A stretch of DNA of 57,466 nt, the filler included, from Diploschistes diacapsis (taxonomy: Eukaryota): the NCBI GenBank assembly GCA_023645945.1. It is 5 parts of 5 records of this genome, joined end to end, with 100 filler letters (N's around TTAATTAATTAA, not from the genome) between each part and the next. Parts side by side here need not be neighbours in the genome. Positions count along the whole stretch, not along the records: positions 11,538 to 22,957 come from JALAIB010000834.1; positions 23,058 to 34,467 come from JALAIB010000835.1; 3 more parts are not named here. One strand, 5' to 3'. The notes below the pieces were generated by a model, which worked only from the letters and a program-made list of their open reading frames with translations, was not told the origin of the DNA and made no database searches. Positions within the stretch are counted from its first letter, which is position 1. Every line of letters begins with the position of its first letter. This document shows positions 13,494-27,129 of this stretch, piece after piece. Both the position numbers and the translations under genes were made by a program.

Positions 13494-13875
13494 TCATGCC
13501 TTCTTCTTCCCGGCAGCGATGGCCTTTGCCTTCGCAGCTTTCTTCCGATTGCTCTTGATCATCACAACACTCAAAAAGCTTCCCACAACCGCCGAGCCAA
13601 GCAACAACAGGATGACCGGTATGCGGATGGCCCACACTCTGGGCGGAAAGAGATCGTGAAGCGGATGGCCCGGGTCCACAAAGGGCTAGTGGCAGTGTGT
13701 CATGAGCTTTATGCAGAGGCCGCGGTGAGACCGACTTACCATCAGCAACGTCCAGGTGGTGTAATAAAGGAAGATAGCAGTGGCAGCGATCAGCATAGCC
13801 AGGCCGAGAAGCTTGTCGAGCTGCCTCTCCCGTTAATATCTTCAAGCCAAATTCGTCCATATCGGGTTATACCAT
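13494..13875 (-). CDS. DPM2: Dolichol-phosphate-mannose synthase regulatory subunit 2
   Basis: Spliced product M|LDKLLGLAMLIAATAIFLYYTTWTLLM|PFVDPGHPLHDLFPPRVWAIRIPVILLLLGSAVVGSFLSVVMIKSNRKK. Carries the FxYYTxW and PFVD...FPPR.WA..IP signatures. Two GT-AG introns, the first directly after the ATG. Confidence 0.92.
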
Positions 13876-14582
13876 TATTGAACTTGATTTTTATAAGAAA
13901 CAGACCTCAGAGGCTTGCATGTACTAAAGAGCGACTGGAAGTGAAGAGTACAGCCAGAGTGAGTAGGACTCTCCTGGAACGCCAGTAATGGTCGACAGAG
14001 GCGTATGGTTGCTTTGCTGCTTGCCCAAGAAATTTAAGCTCAGCTATGGATAAAAAAATGCCCCGACTTCACCCCTCCTCTTACGGACTAGAGGACCGGC
14101 CGCCTTACGGTCACCCGAGCGGGCTGATTTTCGTGCAGCTGAACAAGGCTGAGCGTTGAAGCATGCACCAAAGCTCTCGAGGATTCACCAATGCTATATT
14201 TAGCACGACATTCTACGTCAGTATTTACCACCAGGAGTATCTCAAATAGACGTTGGGCTAAATTTTGTCCTCACGAAAAGAAATTAAAATTGGAAGTCAT
14301 AAGGTATACTAGCACTATGGAAGAAGCAGGTAGTAAAGTAGAACAGATACTGAACCTAGACATACGATGTTTCCTCTCTTGTTACAGTGCTCATCCAAAT
14401 TCCCTGGATCCTGGCGCTTTGGTATCAATAAATGCTATTCAAGTCTAGTTGGAACAACCGCTGGTCACGGGATGGATAGAGCGAGGGACTGAAAAGAATC
14501 TAGGCACCCGTATGCTTTTGCCTAGGTCACGAGTTTTTGGGAACCAAGGCGTAAAGACCCTCAAGTAGCTTCTCCCGATCCT

Positions 14583-17500
14583 CTATCGACTCAAGAGTGT
14601 CCACTTCTTTTCAGTTGTGGTATCCATACCTATGACATTCGATAAATCTGCCGAACCCTTTACAACCAACATTCGACACAGAGCAAGATTGCCCTGACGA
14701 GCGGCAATGCACAGAGGTGTATTGCCATAGTCATCTTCCAATCCAGTAGCATCTACCATACCGGCGACTATCAGCTGTCTGACAGTCTCGAGCGTCTTCT
14801 TTTCGCCAGCGGCGCGATTGAAGATGAGCTCGTTAAGAGGAGTTTCACCTTGGTGGTCGCGAAGATTGATTCCTTTTGGCCATCTGTCGTAGAGGATGGA
14901 GAAGATTTCAAAGCTGCCTGTTCTCGCTGCTTGGTGAAATACTGTTCTCCCGTGGCTGTTGACGTACTGGAGGTGCGGCTCGATCCCGCGTTGTTCGCAT
15001 AAAAAGCGAACGGTACGAGTGTGACCTCCGTGAACTGCTTCGCCTACTGATTGGTGCGCGGGAATCGTTTCTTTCCAATCATTTTGCCTCCAATGACTCT
15101 TCCCTAGGATTGCTTCCCGAAGAGTTTCATCAGAGCTAGCTGCTTCAAAAAGCTTCCTAACAAGCACCAAGCAACCGTGGTGTGCTGCTTCACAAAGGAT
15201 TCTGTTGCCGCTCCGCACGACTTCACTGCATAGCTTCCGAATGAGGAAATCGAAAATATCCTCCCATTCGTTAAAAATCGACTGTAAGCGATCCGGCTCA
15301 CGCCAGCATAAAGCGACCTGATAGAAGAAATCTGTTTGGCAAAGTGTGACTCCGAGACCACTGTCCATGACGAGCTGCTTATTGGTTAATATCATATCTC
15401 GCTTCATCAAGTGCTCGACGGCAACCCATAGAGAGTCGGGCAGGAACTGCTCAGCCTGGTCACTGCACTTCAACATGTCGGTAACCGAAGCAGGTGGTCC
15501 AAACATGGCGGTCACTACAAGAGGATCCAATCGGGACATGGCTTCAGGGAAGGGGTACTCGACAAAGAGAACAACTAGGGCGTCGCCACTGTTCCGTCCA
15601 GTTGTTCAGGCGCCGAGATGCCTTGCTACATATTACACTCAAGTCCGCTGGGCTAGGCCTCAGCTCTGCCGCTATTTCTGAGAAATGTTGTGTCCAGTAC
15701 GAGGAGGCATAGCTGAAAAATAAGCCAAGCCCACGGTTTGCCGGGTCGAAGTCTCGGCACAATCTTGCGGTTGCTGTATTCGCAGAAGACGAACTATCAT
15801 TCAAGTCATCAAAGACAGGTCCGTGTTGAGGAGTTCCTGTTCCTCAGTCCCATTTTCAGGGTCTGGGAAAAGGTCGCTAGCTCCTCATTCTTCTAAAAGG
15901 AGATACCTAGGACACCGCTAGAGCAAGTGCGCGTTTAGCTCCGCTTTGCGTGGAGATGTCCGAGCCTTTGACCATGAAGTGCTGAGGCACTCCGACCAAC
16001 TGGCGTCACTTGCAATATTAGTTCTCTAAGAGATCGGTGAAGAAGCCGCACGCGTGATCGATGGTTACTTTGTTCACCAGTGGTGCTAACAAAAGGACGG
16101 ATCAGGTCCATCAACCGCACAGAGCGGGAGAGATCGTCTAACTGACTTATTGTAGTCCTTCATTATCTTTAAATCAATGTGGACTGCATAACTGAGCTCT
16201 CCTGTCGTCAAAGGTCGCCAGGCTACCGCGAGCGTCTCCAGCGCTCGTTGCAGTATTTCTTCGTTCTTGGGCGGACCCAAGCAGCTCTTTTTGAAGAGCT
16301 TGCCGTAGAGCTCAGCAATTTCCTTAGATGAAGGCAGGCTCCGTGGTGCCTTTTCAACGCCTTGTAGATTCTGAATGCGCAGCTTGCCAATGTATTTTAA
16401 TAGCTAATCTTAACCAAAGTGCTGAGCCTTGTGCCATTTGGACAAGCTTGTTTGCAACTTCTTCGTGGATCGCCGCCGGAAGGTCTACTTGACTGGCGAT
16501 TTATTTTGCAATGATACAATCTCTCTCTTTGGATTGATTCATTTTTACCTGGAGAGCTATCGAATGTAGGAATCTTTCAATGCCATCATGATAGCCAGAG
16601 GAGATAAAGACTTTGAGCAGAGCTCTCCGCTTGAAAAGATCGTTCAAGAGATGCAAAAGCTCTTTCCGGGAGGAGGCCTTGCACTCATCGAGACCGTCAA
16701 GGACCAGGAAAATCCATTGCTTAGACGGGGAGATACAATCGAGTATGAGTTTGCATAAAAGGCTTTCAGAATACGTGTGATCTATTTTGCTGCGTGGCTT
16801 GGTCCTTTCATACCACTCTCGAAAGAAGGTCTTGAAATCTGACTTTTGCATAAGTAGTTGCCTTCTGAGACTGCGGTATATGGTCCCCAACTTTATTATT
16901 TCTTGATCATCTTTGCAATAGTATACGCAGACCGGTGCTCTTTAGGTAAGTGGTCAACCAAGTAAGCGGTCTTCGTCGTCTTTCCTAATGCCATGTTTCC
17001 AAACATTGTCAAAATTTTCGGGCCTGATGAGTTCAAGCTCCATTCAGGATAGGCAATATCGGATGTGATCCAACATGCATCGTCAGCATGCTTCTGTAGC
17101 TCGTTTTAACAATCACTTCCTGCTCTCGATCGCGATCAAGGGTGTCACGGACTGGCAGTTCGTTAGTTTTGTTCAGCCGAATTTTCTCTTCGAAATGGGG
17201 CTGACTTAGTCTTTCAGCTTGTTCATCTTAGACTTCTTGAAGCGTCACGAATGTCTCAACCTCGAGAAATTTAGATAAGTTGTCCGTATGTCCATTAAAG
17301 GCGGAGACGATGCGAGGGGGGAAGTTCAGACCTTAAAGCATTCAATGCAAGTCGGAGTACGAAGTTAGATCCTTCAAATACTTCGATGGCTTTCAGAAAG
17401 AATCGCAAGAGGCCATTGTAAACCTTCGCAAGAATCTTTTCCACTCAATTAGCTATGCTCATGCCTGCAGAGGAGGAAAAACAACTTCAAGAACGGCCTT

Positions 17501-17760
17501 CAGTCTCCCGTTCTTGAACGCATTCCGATCATAGAACCTTGCGATGAGGCGATCAAGGAAGCTTTGAATACTGTTTGTAGGATCATCGACGGCACTGTAG
17601 ATTGCAATGGCAATGGTGACAACGCCCTTGACAAGCCCAAGGGCCGTCGCTGCCGTGGGCTCAACGCTGGCAAAAGAGCCGACCAAATCGATAGTGATAC
17701 GCAGCTTCTCTACGTGTGGGCCGCCTTCACTAAACCCTTCACCAAAAGTGATCTTTCATG
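14583..17760 (-). pseudogene. NACHT-ankyrin NLR-like gene, disrupted
   Basis: Fragments in order: N-terminal helical region (17459-17686), P-loop FGNMALGKTT (about 16975-17005), Walker B IFLVLDGLDEC, KVFISSG, LAVAWRPLTTGEL, RLLHRSLRE, FSYASSYWTQH, then ankyrin repeats (GRTVFHQAA, GETPL, GNTPLCIAARQGN). Split by multiple stops and frameshifts. Confidence 0.85.
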
Positions 17761-17953
17761 ATGTTGCTTGTCATTTTGGTTCAGCTAGACAAAGAGCTCA
17801 CTTATATTCTGTGCTCCCGCTAATTTTTTATTTTAGCCCTCTTCAAGAGAAGAAACAGCGCTCTGATATGCGGATTCGGAAGGCGACCCACAGTAAGCAG
17901 CACGAAGGTCTGGGCCAATGAACTGCATCCTATCGTTAACCGTTATTCTCAAA

Positions 17954-17992
17954 CAAAAAGAAAAGAAAAGAAAAGAAAAGAAAAGAAAGAAA
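17954..17992 (+). repeat. (AAAAG)n microsatellite
   Basis: Directly visible tandem AAAAG units. Confidence 0.9.
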
Positions 17993-18496
17993 GGAGCAGA
18001 GGCAGATGTGACCATGTCAGACGGAGAGGATAAAAGGACGCATTGAGTTACTGACATCGAGCGCTTTACGACTTGCCTCTCTGCTCATGCTAGAGGATAC
18101 CGAACGTTTCTTGCTTAACCGCTGCTAGCTGCTAGCGCAACGCAGTTGGGCGGACTTACCAGTGATGGGAGAACTTTTTATTTAATCATTGTTGCCATGC
18201 TTATGACCTGCGTTATGGTGAATTACCAAGGTTCAAGAGCCAGTCAAATGAATATTATTTCCCCTCCTCCCCGCCATATTGGAGATGGAGGAATATTCAG
18301 TCGCTTGTTCATGAGTATTGTTGAATGCTAACATGAGCGGTTTATTGAAACTTCGAGTTCATATGTTTTCATCCAAGCCTAACTCGATAAATATAAACCC
18401 ATTCAGTTCTTGGAGATATTGAGACAGACATATTAGACACTGGATTTGACAACATTCCTGCTCGTTCTAAGTGAACGAAACATTCAAAAAGCTTGA

Positions 18497-19272
18497 TTAG
18501 TTTGCCGCGAGAGGCACTGAACGCTTTTTGATAATGAAGCCATAGTAACCCAAAGACGCCTCGTCGCCCAGTGCCTTCATGTCTAGATCCCACAACCCTT
18601 TGGGGTTCAGTAATGGCTTCATGAAATGGGGTTATCGAAAGGTAACGTAGATGAAGACGCCCTCATCCTTCAACACTCGATGGATCTCAAATCCCGTTTT
18701 AGAGAACAGTGACTCTGTACACCGGTGCGGTACTCACCTCCTTTAAATACCGGCTCGTATTCTCTATGACTTCGTCTGGCGGACTCCATGGGCTTCCGTA
18801 AATCATGGAGTCTAGCGTGCCCTTGTCGAACGCCATATCGAAGGACCGATTCAAGATGCCATCCATCTCACGTACATCCATATGCTTCCAGTCTATTCCA
18901 TCGACGTCCCGATGCTGCTTGATCATCGACTCGACAACAACAGCCGAGAAATCGATGCAGAGCTGGCGCCGGTATCCTCGGGCTGCAAACTCGATCGGAA
19001 CATGCTGCGAACAAGAATAGCACGTCAGCCAGGACATCAACGGAGACCTACACAAAGAAAAACTATGTACGAAGGCTGTCTCCAGAGCCGAGGTGAAGGA
19101 TAGCAGGGTTATCATCCGCAGTCAACCCGACAGCGCAAAAGAGATGGTCCTGGAAAAAGGGCTCGAGGTTAGCGAAGGAGCGGAACCACTCGTGCGTCTG
19201 CGTGTCACTGGACAAGTAGCGGTTATCCCAATATTGCGATAGAGAGATGGCGCGATTCTCTTCAATCGTCAT
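18497..19272 (-). pseudogene. EEF1AKMT4/ECE2-type SAM-dependent methyltransferase, apparently inactivated
   Basis: Motifs YWDNRY, HEWFRSF, ILHLGSGDS, CIDFS, MDVREM, FDKGTLD, IHRVLK. In-frame TAA at 18632-18634 in TFR*PHF (the family normally has RQPHF). The in-phase first intron donor reads CTTCGT rather than GT at about 19074. Confidence 0.75.
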
Positions 19273-19812
19273 TGAAGGATCTATTGATATGTTAAGGATG
19301 GACAGAGATAAAGTGAGGTTCTTAGGCGCCGCACTAAGCGAGTATCCTTCTGCAGTCCTTCTATGCTGGTGATGGACAGCCAAGCCTCTGGTTTTATTAT
19401 GCAGCAAGAGACTATGCAAAGCACCAAAGTGGACAGCATTACCTCATATATGCCTTTTAGAAGTGCTATCTTGCCTCTCTCTTTGCCGCTTCTCTCCAGC
19501 AAAGCAGAGAGCAGCTTCGTTGTAATCGTTTTCGTTTCCACCGGATATGGCTAGCCAAAGCTTCGTACGATAGAGTAGTAGTAGCGTCGCCGTCGGCCCA
19601 ATATAGTTTAGTCTTGACCTGAACGAGTAAATTTCCTGACTAAATTATAGCTCACTCTCTGTTTTTGATTAGATAAGCCAAGGAATAGGTTTCATAGTTT
19701 GGCGTTACGGAGGTTTGTTATGCCGTATGCTAGCCGCAAATTTAGTCTACTCGGAGTTCTTTTGAACCTCACCTTTTTTCCTAATTTTTTGAAACTACTT
19801 CGTCAACGAAAA

Positions 19813-22406
19813 ATGGAGGATCCTTTGGTGGTACAGTCTGCCGTCCGCTTGCCGACGCCTCCTCCCCAAGATGCCCTTCCTCAAAGCTCAAATGGCAAGC
19901 GCAAGCGCTCCCCTCCTTCCAGGTCGCCATCGCCTCGGCCCCGTCGACCACCAGGCTTCAGTAATAACCCCAATCAGGAAAATACCAATGGAGGTATTGT
20001 TGGTAGAAAGCGGACATTTCCAGAACGATCACGTCCCTTGATTCGAGAAAAGGTTACAACTAAACCGCCCACCGAAGACGAGAAGCAAGCGGCAGCAAAG
20101 GCCGAATATGACAAGCTCATCAATGCAAGATCCGGTGGTGTCTACGTACCACCAGCGAGGTTGCGAGCTCTCCAAGCACAGATTACCGACAAGACGAGTA
20201 AGGAGTGGCAACGTATGGCATGGGAGGCGTTGAAAAAATCGATAAACGGCCTGATCAATAAGGTCAATCATTCTAACATTAAGCACAGTGAGTAAACCAA
20301 AGACTCACCGCGGGAATGCTTGCTAATTCTTGTTCAGTTGTACCTGAACTCTTCGGAGAAAACCTGATTCGGGGACGCGGTTTGTTTTGTAGGAGCATTA
20401 TGAAAGCCCAGGCTGCCAGCTTGCCTTTTACGCCCATCTATGCCGCCACTTGCGCCATAGTTAACTCGAAGCTTCCTCAAGTCGGCGAGCTGTTGATAAC
20501 CCGACTAGTCGTTCAATTCAAGAAGGCTTTCAAGCGGAACGACAAAGCAGTTTGTCTTTCCTCTACCCATTTTCTCGCACATCTTGTGAATGTGCAGATT
20601 GTCCACGAGACACTGATCGCCAAAATTCTGGTTCTTCTCCTCGAACGGCCTACTGATGATAGTGTCGAGATTGCCATAGGACTCATGAGGGAGGTGGGAC
20701 AGCACCTAGAAGAAATGAACGCACCCATAGCACTGCTAGTGTTCGATAGATTTCGCAATATTCTACATGAATCGGATCTGGATAAACGAGTCCAATACAT
20801 GGTGGAGGTTTTATTTCACGTGCGCAAGGATAAATTCAAGGATAACCCTGCCATCAAGGAAGAACTCGATCTTGTGGAAGAGGAAGATCAAATTACGCAT
20901 CAAATCGATCTCGAGGACGGACTACAAACGCAGGACACGCTCAATATATTCAAGTTTGACGAGGAATGGGAAGAGCATGAGGAGGCGTATCGGAAAATCA
21001 AAGCCGAGATTTTAGGCGAAGCAAGCGGTAGTGAAGGCGATACTGAAAGCGGAGAAAGCTCGGATGAAGAGGAAGAGGAGAAAGTAAAGGAGATGGAAAT
21101 CAAAGATCAGACGAACGCGGACTTGGTGAACCTGCGGAGAACCATCTATTTAACTATCATGTCCAGCATCGATTTTGAAGAGTGCACCCACAAACTTATG
21201 AAATTAAAGCTACCTCTGGGTCTGGAGCCGGAGTTACCTTCAATGATCATCGAATGTTGCTCACAGGAGCGGACGTACTCAAAATTCTATGGCTTAATGG
21301 GGGAACGCTTCGCTAAACTTAATCGTCTTTGGACGGAATTGTATGAAGCTTCGTTCCAGAAATACTACGAAACCATTCATCGTTTTGAGTCCTCTCGCCT
21401 TCGGAATATTGCCAGGTTTTTCTCCGCATTACTAAGCTCCGATGCTATCGGCTGGCATGTCTTGTCTATCATTCATCTCAACGAAAATGAGACAACGTCC
21501 AGCAGCCGTATCTTCATCAAGATTCTCTTCCAAGATCTTTCAGAAAGTCTGGGAATGCCCAAGCTGCGGGCCCGTTTCCAAGACCCAGCGCTGAGCCCAA
21601 GTTTCGGAGGCATCTTTCCCAAAGACGATCCCCGCAACATACGGTTCTCCATTAACTACTTTACGAGCATTGGAATGGGGGCAGTTACAGAGGAGATGCG
21701 CGAATACCTCAAAAGCATGCCCAAGCCCGCTGTACCAGCTCTACCCGCAGCAAGAGCACGATCCGCAAGTGGTTCAGAGAGTGTCTCGAGCTACTCATCC
21801 TACACAGGCTCGTCACGCTCGTACTCACGATCACGCTCGCCGTCTCGAACTCGAGGCCGTTCTCGTAGCTACTCTCGTACACCACCAAAAGGCGCAGCTC
21901 GACGCCGGAGTTACACACCATCTGCATCTCGCTCTCCATCCCCAGCTCCACGCCGGCGCAACCGTTCCTACTCTTATTCCTCTCGATCTGCGTCTAGCTC
22001 GACCTCCCCCCTAAGGGGTCGCAAAGAAAATCCACGAGGAAAACGGAACGCAAGTCGCTCGCTAACTCCGCCTTCACGTAGGGCTGCACCGCGTCGCAGA
22101 TCGTCCTATACGCCCTCACCATCACGCTCACCATCTCCTCCACGTAGAAGAGGGCCCGCAGGACGCCGCAGCCATTCTCCTTCAAGATCGCCCTCCCCAT
22201 ACCGCAGGGAGCAGGGCAAGGATAGAGACGCATACCGTGCGCGCTCGTCTTCGCCACCACCCAAAAGGGCCAGGAGAAACACGTCGAGCCCAGAGAGCAG
22301 GGAGCGCAGGAGGAGTCCGGTCTACGATGCGCCTAAGAGCGGTGGTGCTGGTGCGGCCGCCAGAGGCGCCAGGGAAGGAAGGAGGAGGGCGGAGGATTAC
22401 CTTTGA
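19813..22406 (+). CDS. CWC22: Pre-mRNA splicing factor CWC22 (MIF4G + MA3 domains, RS-rich tail)
   Basis: [81 protein letters not shown]. Intron 20288-20337. Confidence 0.97.
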
Positions 22407-22876
22407 TCGGGTAGTGATTAGGCGAGGATGCTTGCTTGGTTGATACGCTGCTATTGTGAGATACCAAATTTTGGAATATTTTGCTTGCCTCGTGTCGAGA
22501 CATCGTGAATTCATGCAGCCTATTGAGGTGAGACCTTCCTTTTGCTGCGCCTTCAGATGTCCATGATGCCAGCCTACGTACAGCTCCATTATTTTGAAAT
22601 AGGAATGCGGCTTTGCACTGAGTGGTAATACCTATAGTTGCTCGAATCTTATCTAAAGGCGAGTTGAGGTGCCAGGGGCAATGCCGTTCAACAGTACAAC
22701 CCAAGAGCCAACCCCAATACATAACATTTTCTAGAAGAGAACAAATAACTTTTGGGAATCTGAGATCAGAAGTCATTGGAATTGCGGGCTCGGACCTCTA
22801 GCGATCGAATGCACGTCCCGGTCGCGGCCGGCATTTTCTCCCAGGGCCAGCTTCTTCCTAGCCTAACTTCCCACTC

Positions 22877-22878
<2 letters not shown>

Positions 22879-22957
<79 letters not shown>
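22879..22957 (+). repeat. (CT)n microsatellite at the contig end
   Basis: About 39 CT units running into the spacer. Confidence 0.97.
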
Positions 22958-23057
22958 NNNNNNNNNNNNNNNNNNNNNNNNNNNNNNNNNNNNNNNNNNN
23001 NTTAATTAATTAANNNNNNNNNNNNNNNNNNNNNNNNNNNNNNNNNNNNNNNNNNNN
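22958..23057. other. Artificial contig-joining spacer
   Basis: 44 N + TTAATTAATTAA + 44 N. Confidence 0.98.
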
Positions 23058-25050
23058 CATCTCCCGCCCTCCCCTTCTGCACCTCCTCCTGCCTCAACCT
23101 CTCGTTCGCTGTAATCGCCCTACTCCGCGCGAACAGCCTGTGCACTGCCATCTCGTGTGGATTCATCAATCTCCTTTTGCTATTCGCGCTGCTCGCACCC
23201 GGCGAACTCGCTCCGATCTCCGCGACCTCCATCATATCCGCGTCCGCATCCGTATCCTCCTCGTCGTCATCCTCCTCCGCCATTGGCGACGGCAACCAGT
23301 CCGCGACTGAGGGCCGCGAGGCACGCAGGAGCTGTGGGTCGGGCTCCATCGGCACTGTGCTGGGGGAAGGGCTCAGGGAAGGGTGGGCGGCGGCGGCTCG
23401 GGAGGCAGGGTCAGACGTGGAGCGAGCGTGGGGATTGAATAGGGTAGAGAAGCGGTTGGGGAAGGACGACCGGGTCGAGGCGCTCCGGGTTATGTCCGTG
23501 CGTGGCCGGGGCTGCGGCGAGGAGGTGTCGAGGGGCTGGGCGGTGGTGGCGCAAATCGTGTTCGGGCGGATTTGTGGATATTGGGGTTCTGGTTCGGCTG
23601 AAGATGTCGGACGCGAAGGGCCCTGATAGGTGGGTGGCGGTAGAGGGGGAAGGGAGGCAAGATCGAGGGGAGAGGGAAAGGAATGAGATTGCGGAGGGCT
23701 AGGCGAGGGCGAGAGTCTGCCACCAGGGGAGTTTGGAGCGGCATCATCGTCCTCGGAAGGCGTAAGGCTATCCGAGTTTCGGGTACTGCGGGTGGCATTG
23801 TAGTCGATGGTGCTGAATTGAGTTTGGGTCTGGCGGACGGAGGCCTGCCGCGACGATTCGGGGGATTCGATGGTGAAGAGGGGATCGAGGGGATCACGGG
23901 GTCGCCGCCGCCGTCCCGAAGGGAAAAAGGCGGCTGGGTTGTTGTATACATTGGACACCGAGCCGTTGCGCTCGCGCTCCTCGGTCGCGGCTGCCGCAGA
24001 GTTGAGGACAGATTCTAAAGTTCGAGGATCATCGGGGATATTTCCAAAACCTGTGATTGAAAAACTGCGTTTTGACGGGACATTGTGTGATAGCTGCGGC
24101 TCGAGGGCATGGAACCCGCTCGGAACTTCAATGCTCGGTCCAGAAAGTTGGGTTTCAATGGTAGAATGCTCCACATCAGGTACGACACTTCTTTTTGGTG
24201 GCAATATGCGCCTCAGGCGTCCGAGTGGGTTGGTTTTCTGTTTCTTTCCCCAAGCTTGTTCTTCATCGTATCTCAGTTTCGCTGGATCTATGCCGGTGTG
24301 CGCGAGTCGCATTAGCTGAGTGAGCACGGCGAACTCGAGTTTCAACTTTATGCTGTAGACCACTCCCTTCATTGGAGCCTCCAGTTCGTATACCCCTTGA
24401 TACTCTTCGGCCAGCAATGCTGCGTCCATGAGGATAATGACCAAATTGACCCATATTAGCTGCATCATCACCGATCGGGTTTTGCCTCGGTAGATGGGCC
24501 TCAATAAACGCCTCGTAGCCCACAAGTAGATACCAGATATTATAAGCTCTTGTAGCGAAAAAATAGTCATCTGCAACGGCTCCATGACATTGAAGCCGTG
24601 GAGGAAAGCGGTCGAATCCGTAACACCCGAGCCATATGTCAAGATGGTGGTTGATGGATGTAGCGTGACGGCGTTCCAAAGTATCATATACAATACCCCC
24701 TTCAGAATCCACTGTTCCTTGACCACAAGATGCAACCTCGAGTAGAGTACGAGCGCTTGGCCGGTGACCATGGGCCACCATCCGATAGTGATTATCGTGC
24801 ATGAAAGGTAGTTGTTCGTTGTAAGCTGCCAGAGCTTGAGCAAAAAGCCCAATTCATGGAAGAAAACGCCCCAAATAGAGACAAACAGGGACCAAAAGTA
24901 TAGACCCCTGCGCCGTTTGAAGGTCATAAAGATGGAGATGTTTAGCTCCAGTACATTGTACCAGGCTATGGCGAGGAAGGCAGATATTGCCATCCATTCC
25001 GGTAGGTCGTATTTTATTGCCCGCCCAGTTTGGCCATCTATTCTGTCCAT
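23058..25050 (-). CDS. Fungal multi-pass (about 7 TM) membrane protein with long disordered C-tail, 3'-truncated
   Basis: About 250-aa hydrophobic N-terminal domain (GLYFWSL, IGWWPMVTGQALVLYSRLHLV, FSLQELIISGIY, YSIKLKLEFAVL) followed by an S/P-rich tail. Confidence 0.8.
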
Positions 25051-26489
25051 CGCTATCTTGCCAGATCAAGTGTTGAAAAGGTCACCAAGGAAAACGTTGT
25101 GCTAATTCGCCACTCATCTAACAAGCAAATATACGGTGGGCTGCAACTCGCTGGAGACAGTCAACGTTGGTGAAATGACAGGCAAATTCTAATATAGGAG
25201 GCACTGGAAACTTGAACTATCTCCTCTTTTCACCGCGTCCAAAGGCCATATTAGTTGGTACAGAAGGCTGCACTCCGGCCACTGCTGCAAGTAACAGCAC
25301 GCGCCGGACACGCAGATTACAGTCAGCAGCGGCGGAATGACAGTTGTTGAGACGTGCAGTGGCGCGGTAAGGGGGTCAAGGTTTGGATTATATGAGCGGA
25401 TGAATAACGATAAATGTCAAAAGTAGATGAAATGCTATTGAAACAAGAAGAAATCGGATCTGGGGAATAGCGTAGAAAGCAAAGTACTCTGTACCAGTTA
25501 AAGGAGGTGGAGTCGTCCCCATTCTTGCAAAGCGTCGATCATGGATCATGGCGCAGCCAACCTGACTTTGACAGATGCGGTGGCCGCTGCATTGCACCTA
25601 CTGTCTGCGCACAATTCATACCTCCAAATCTGCCGATGCTGCCAAGCCACTACTGGAAATGGATCCATCACCAACTCCATGGTTTAGGAAGGCCACCGGC
25701 ACCAGAGGCCTCGATGGCGAGAACTATCCCTCTGTGACTTGAAGGCCGGAGTAGACAAAGTATATTCGATCGATTGTTGCTTGGTACCAAAGAGTAAGAG
25801 GTGGTCATTCATTTGCAATTATCAAGGTCATGTTCTTTTGCGCAAAGGTAGCAACCTTGAGATAATCAGGTCACCAATGGAGATTCCGCTATTGTCCAGC
25901 AGCCACACTAAGAAGGCCGGCGTATCGTCCTAGAGACGCATAGACTTTAGCGAGGCACCCCTGAGCGCGCACCTCTACTCTGTATGTGCGTGCTTTTGTA
26001 CTTCCGTACGCAAAAAGTACGCCAAATGCGTCTTCAGTCATTGCACGGCAATAAACTGTGGTCGAGTCACTGTTGCTTGGGTTCGCAGGACATACTTTGT
26101 ACTTGGTCCAAACACTTTGCTCCCCCTCTCCTTAACATTGCAGTAAGAGCGAGGTGTCGAAGGAATGGTCTGGTTCACGTAACCCCCCCGTACGGAGTGC
26201 GTCATATTATGTGCTATCATCCGCATTTATTTGCGCTCCAATCACAAGAGTGCGTGGAGTGGTTCCATGCGACCCGTTGCTAGCCCTAACCTTTCCCAGA
26301 GCGGGACAGGGTATCTGGGAGGATTGAGAGGATGTAGATGGCGGATAGCTACTCTCCGGTTTCTGTTGCTCTCATGCTTGGCAAATCGGTAGTGCAAAGA
26401 TGTCTGGCCATTTTGAGTTTCATGCTTCAGCCAAGAACAGAACCACTAGCGATTGTTGATTGCCTTCTCGGTTCTATAGGGTGTGGACA

Positions 26490-27129
26490 TCATTCTTCAG
26501 CCTTTCCCCCTCTTTGTTTCCATTCTTTCCAGCTGCCCGGATACTCTCCAACTTTCTCCCAGCCAGCCATGCGTGCCAATTCTGCTGCACTCCGACTTCT
26601 CACGCCAGCCTTGCAATAGAATATGATCTCGTCGCTAGCTCTGGGCTTGGGAAATCCAAACTTATCTTCAAAATCCTCTCCTGGTAGGAAAAGCCCATCA
26701 GGCGAGCTATTAATGGGTAGGTTCTGTGCGCCGGGTATTCTGCCGGTAGATTTAAGTTCGAAAGGTTCGCGCACGTCGATTAAGATTCGATTTGCGGATG
26801 GCGATGCTGTCAAGGATTGAACCTGCATGTCATGACGGACCAGGTCAGTACCGAAGTCTTGTGCTATAGAAACAGGAAGCAAAGGCAGAGTATTATAGCA
26901 GGTGCAACTGTACTTCCTCAAAAGTGTAGATCTTATTTGGGCCATCATGCGAATTGGCAGTGGATGATTTGAAACGCGTCTGCGTAACAATGGGCTGGCG
27001 TAAGCATCGAAAGTTGCACCTGGTAGGCTGAGGTGTCGGCCGCTTCCTGCAAGCTAGTTTCAAACCATTATTGACAACAGAATGCAAAGCACGAGTTGAA
27101 AAGGGAGTGAGAATGGCATTAGACGCCAT
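26490..27129 (-). CDS. Mitochondrial single-domain rhodanese / thiosulfate sulfurtransferase (RDL2-like)
   Basis: Basic presequence exon (MASNAILTPFSTRALHS...KIYTFEE), intron about 26823-26913, then LIDVREPFE...GRIPGA, FYCKAGVRS and YPGSWKEW. Confidence 0.9.

Noticed and set aside
21780..22320. Repetitive Ser/Arg-rich sequence
   Set aside because: Expected RS-like tail of CWC22.
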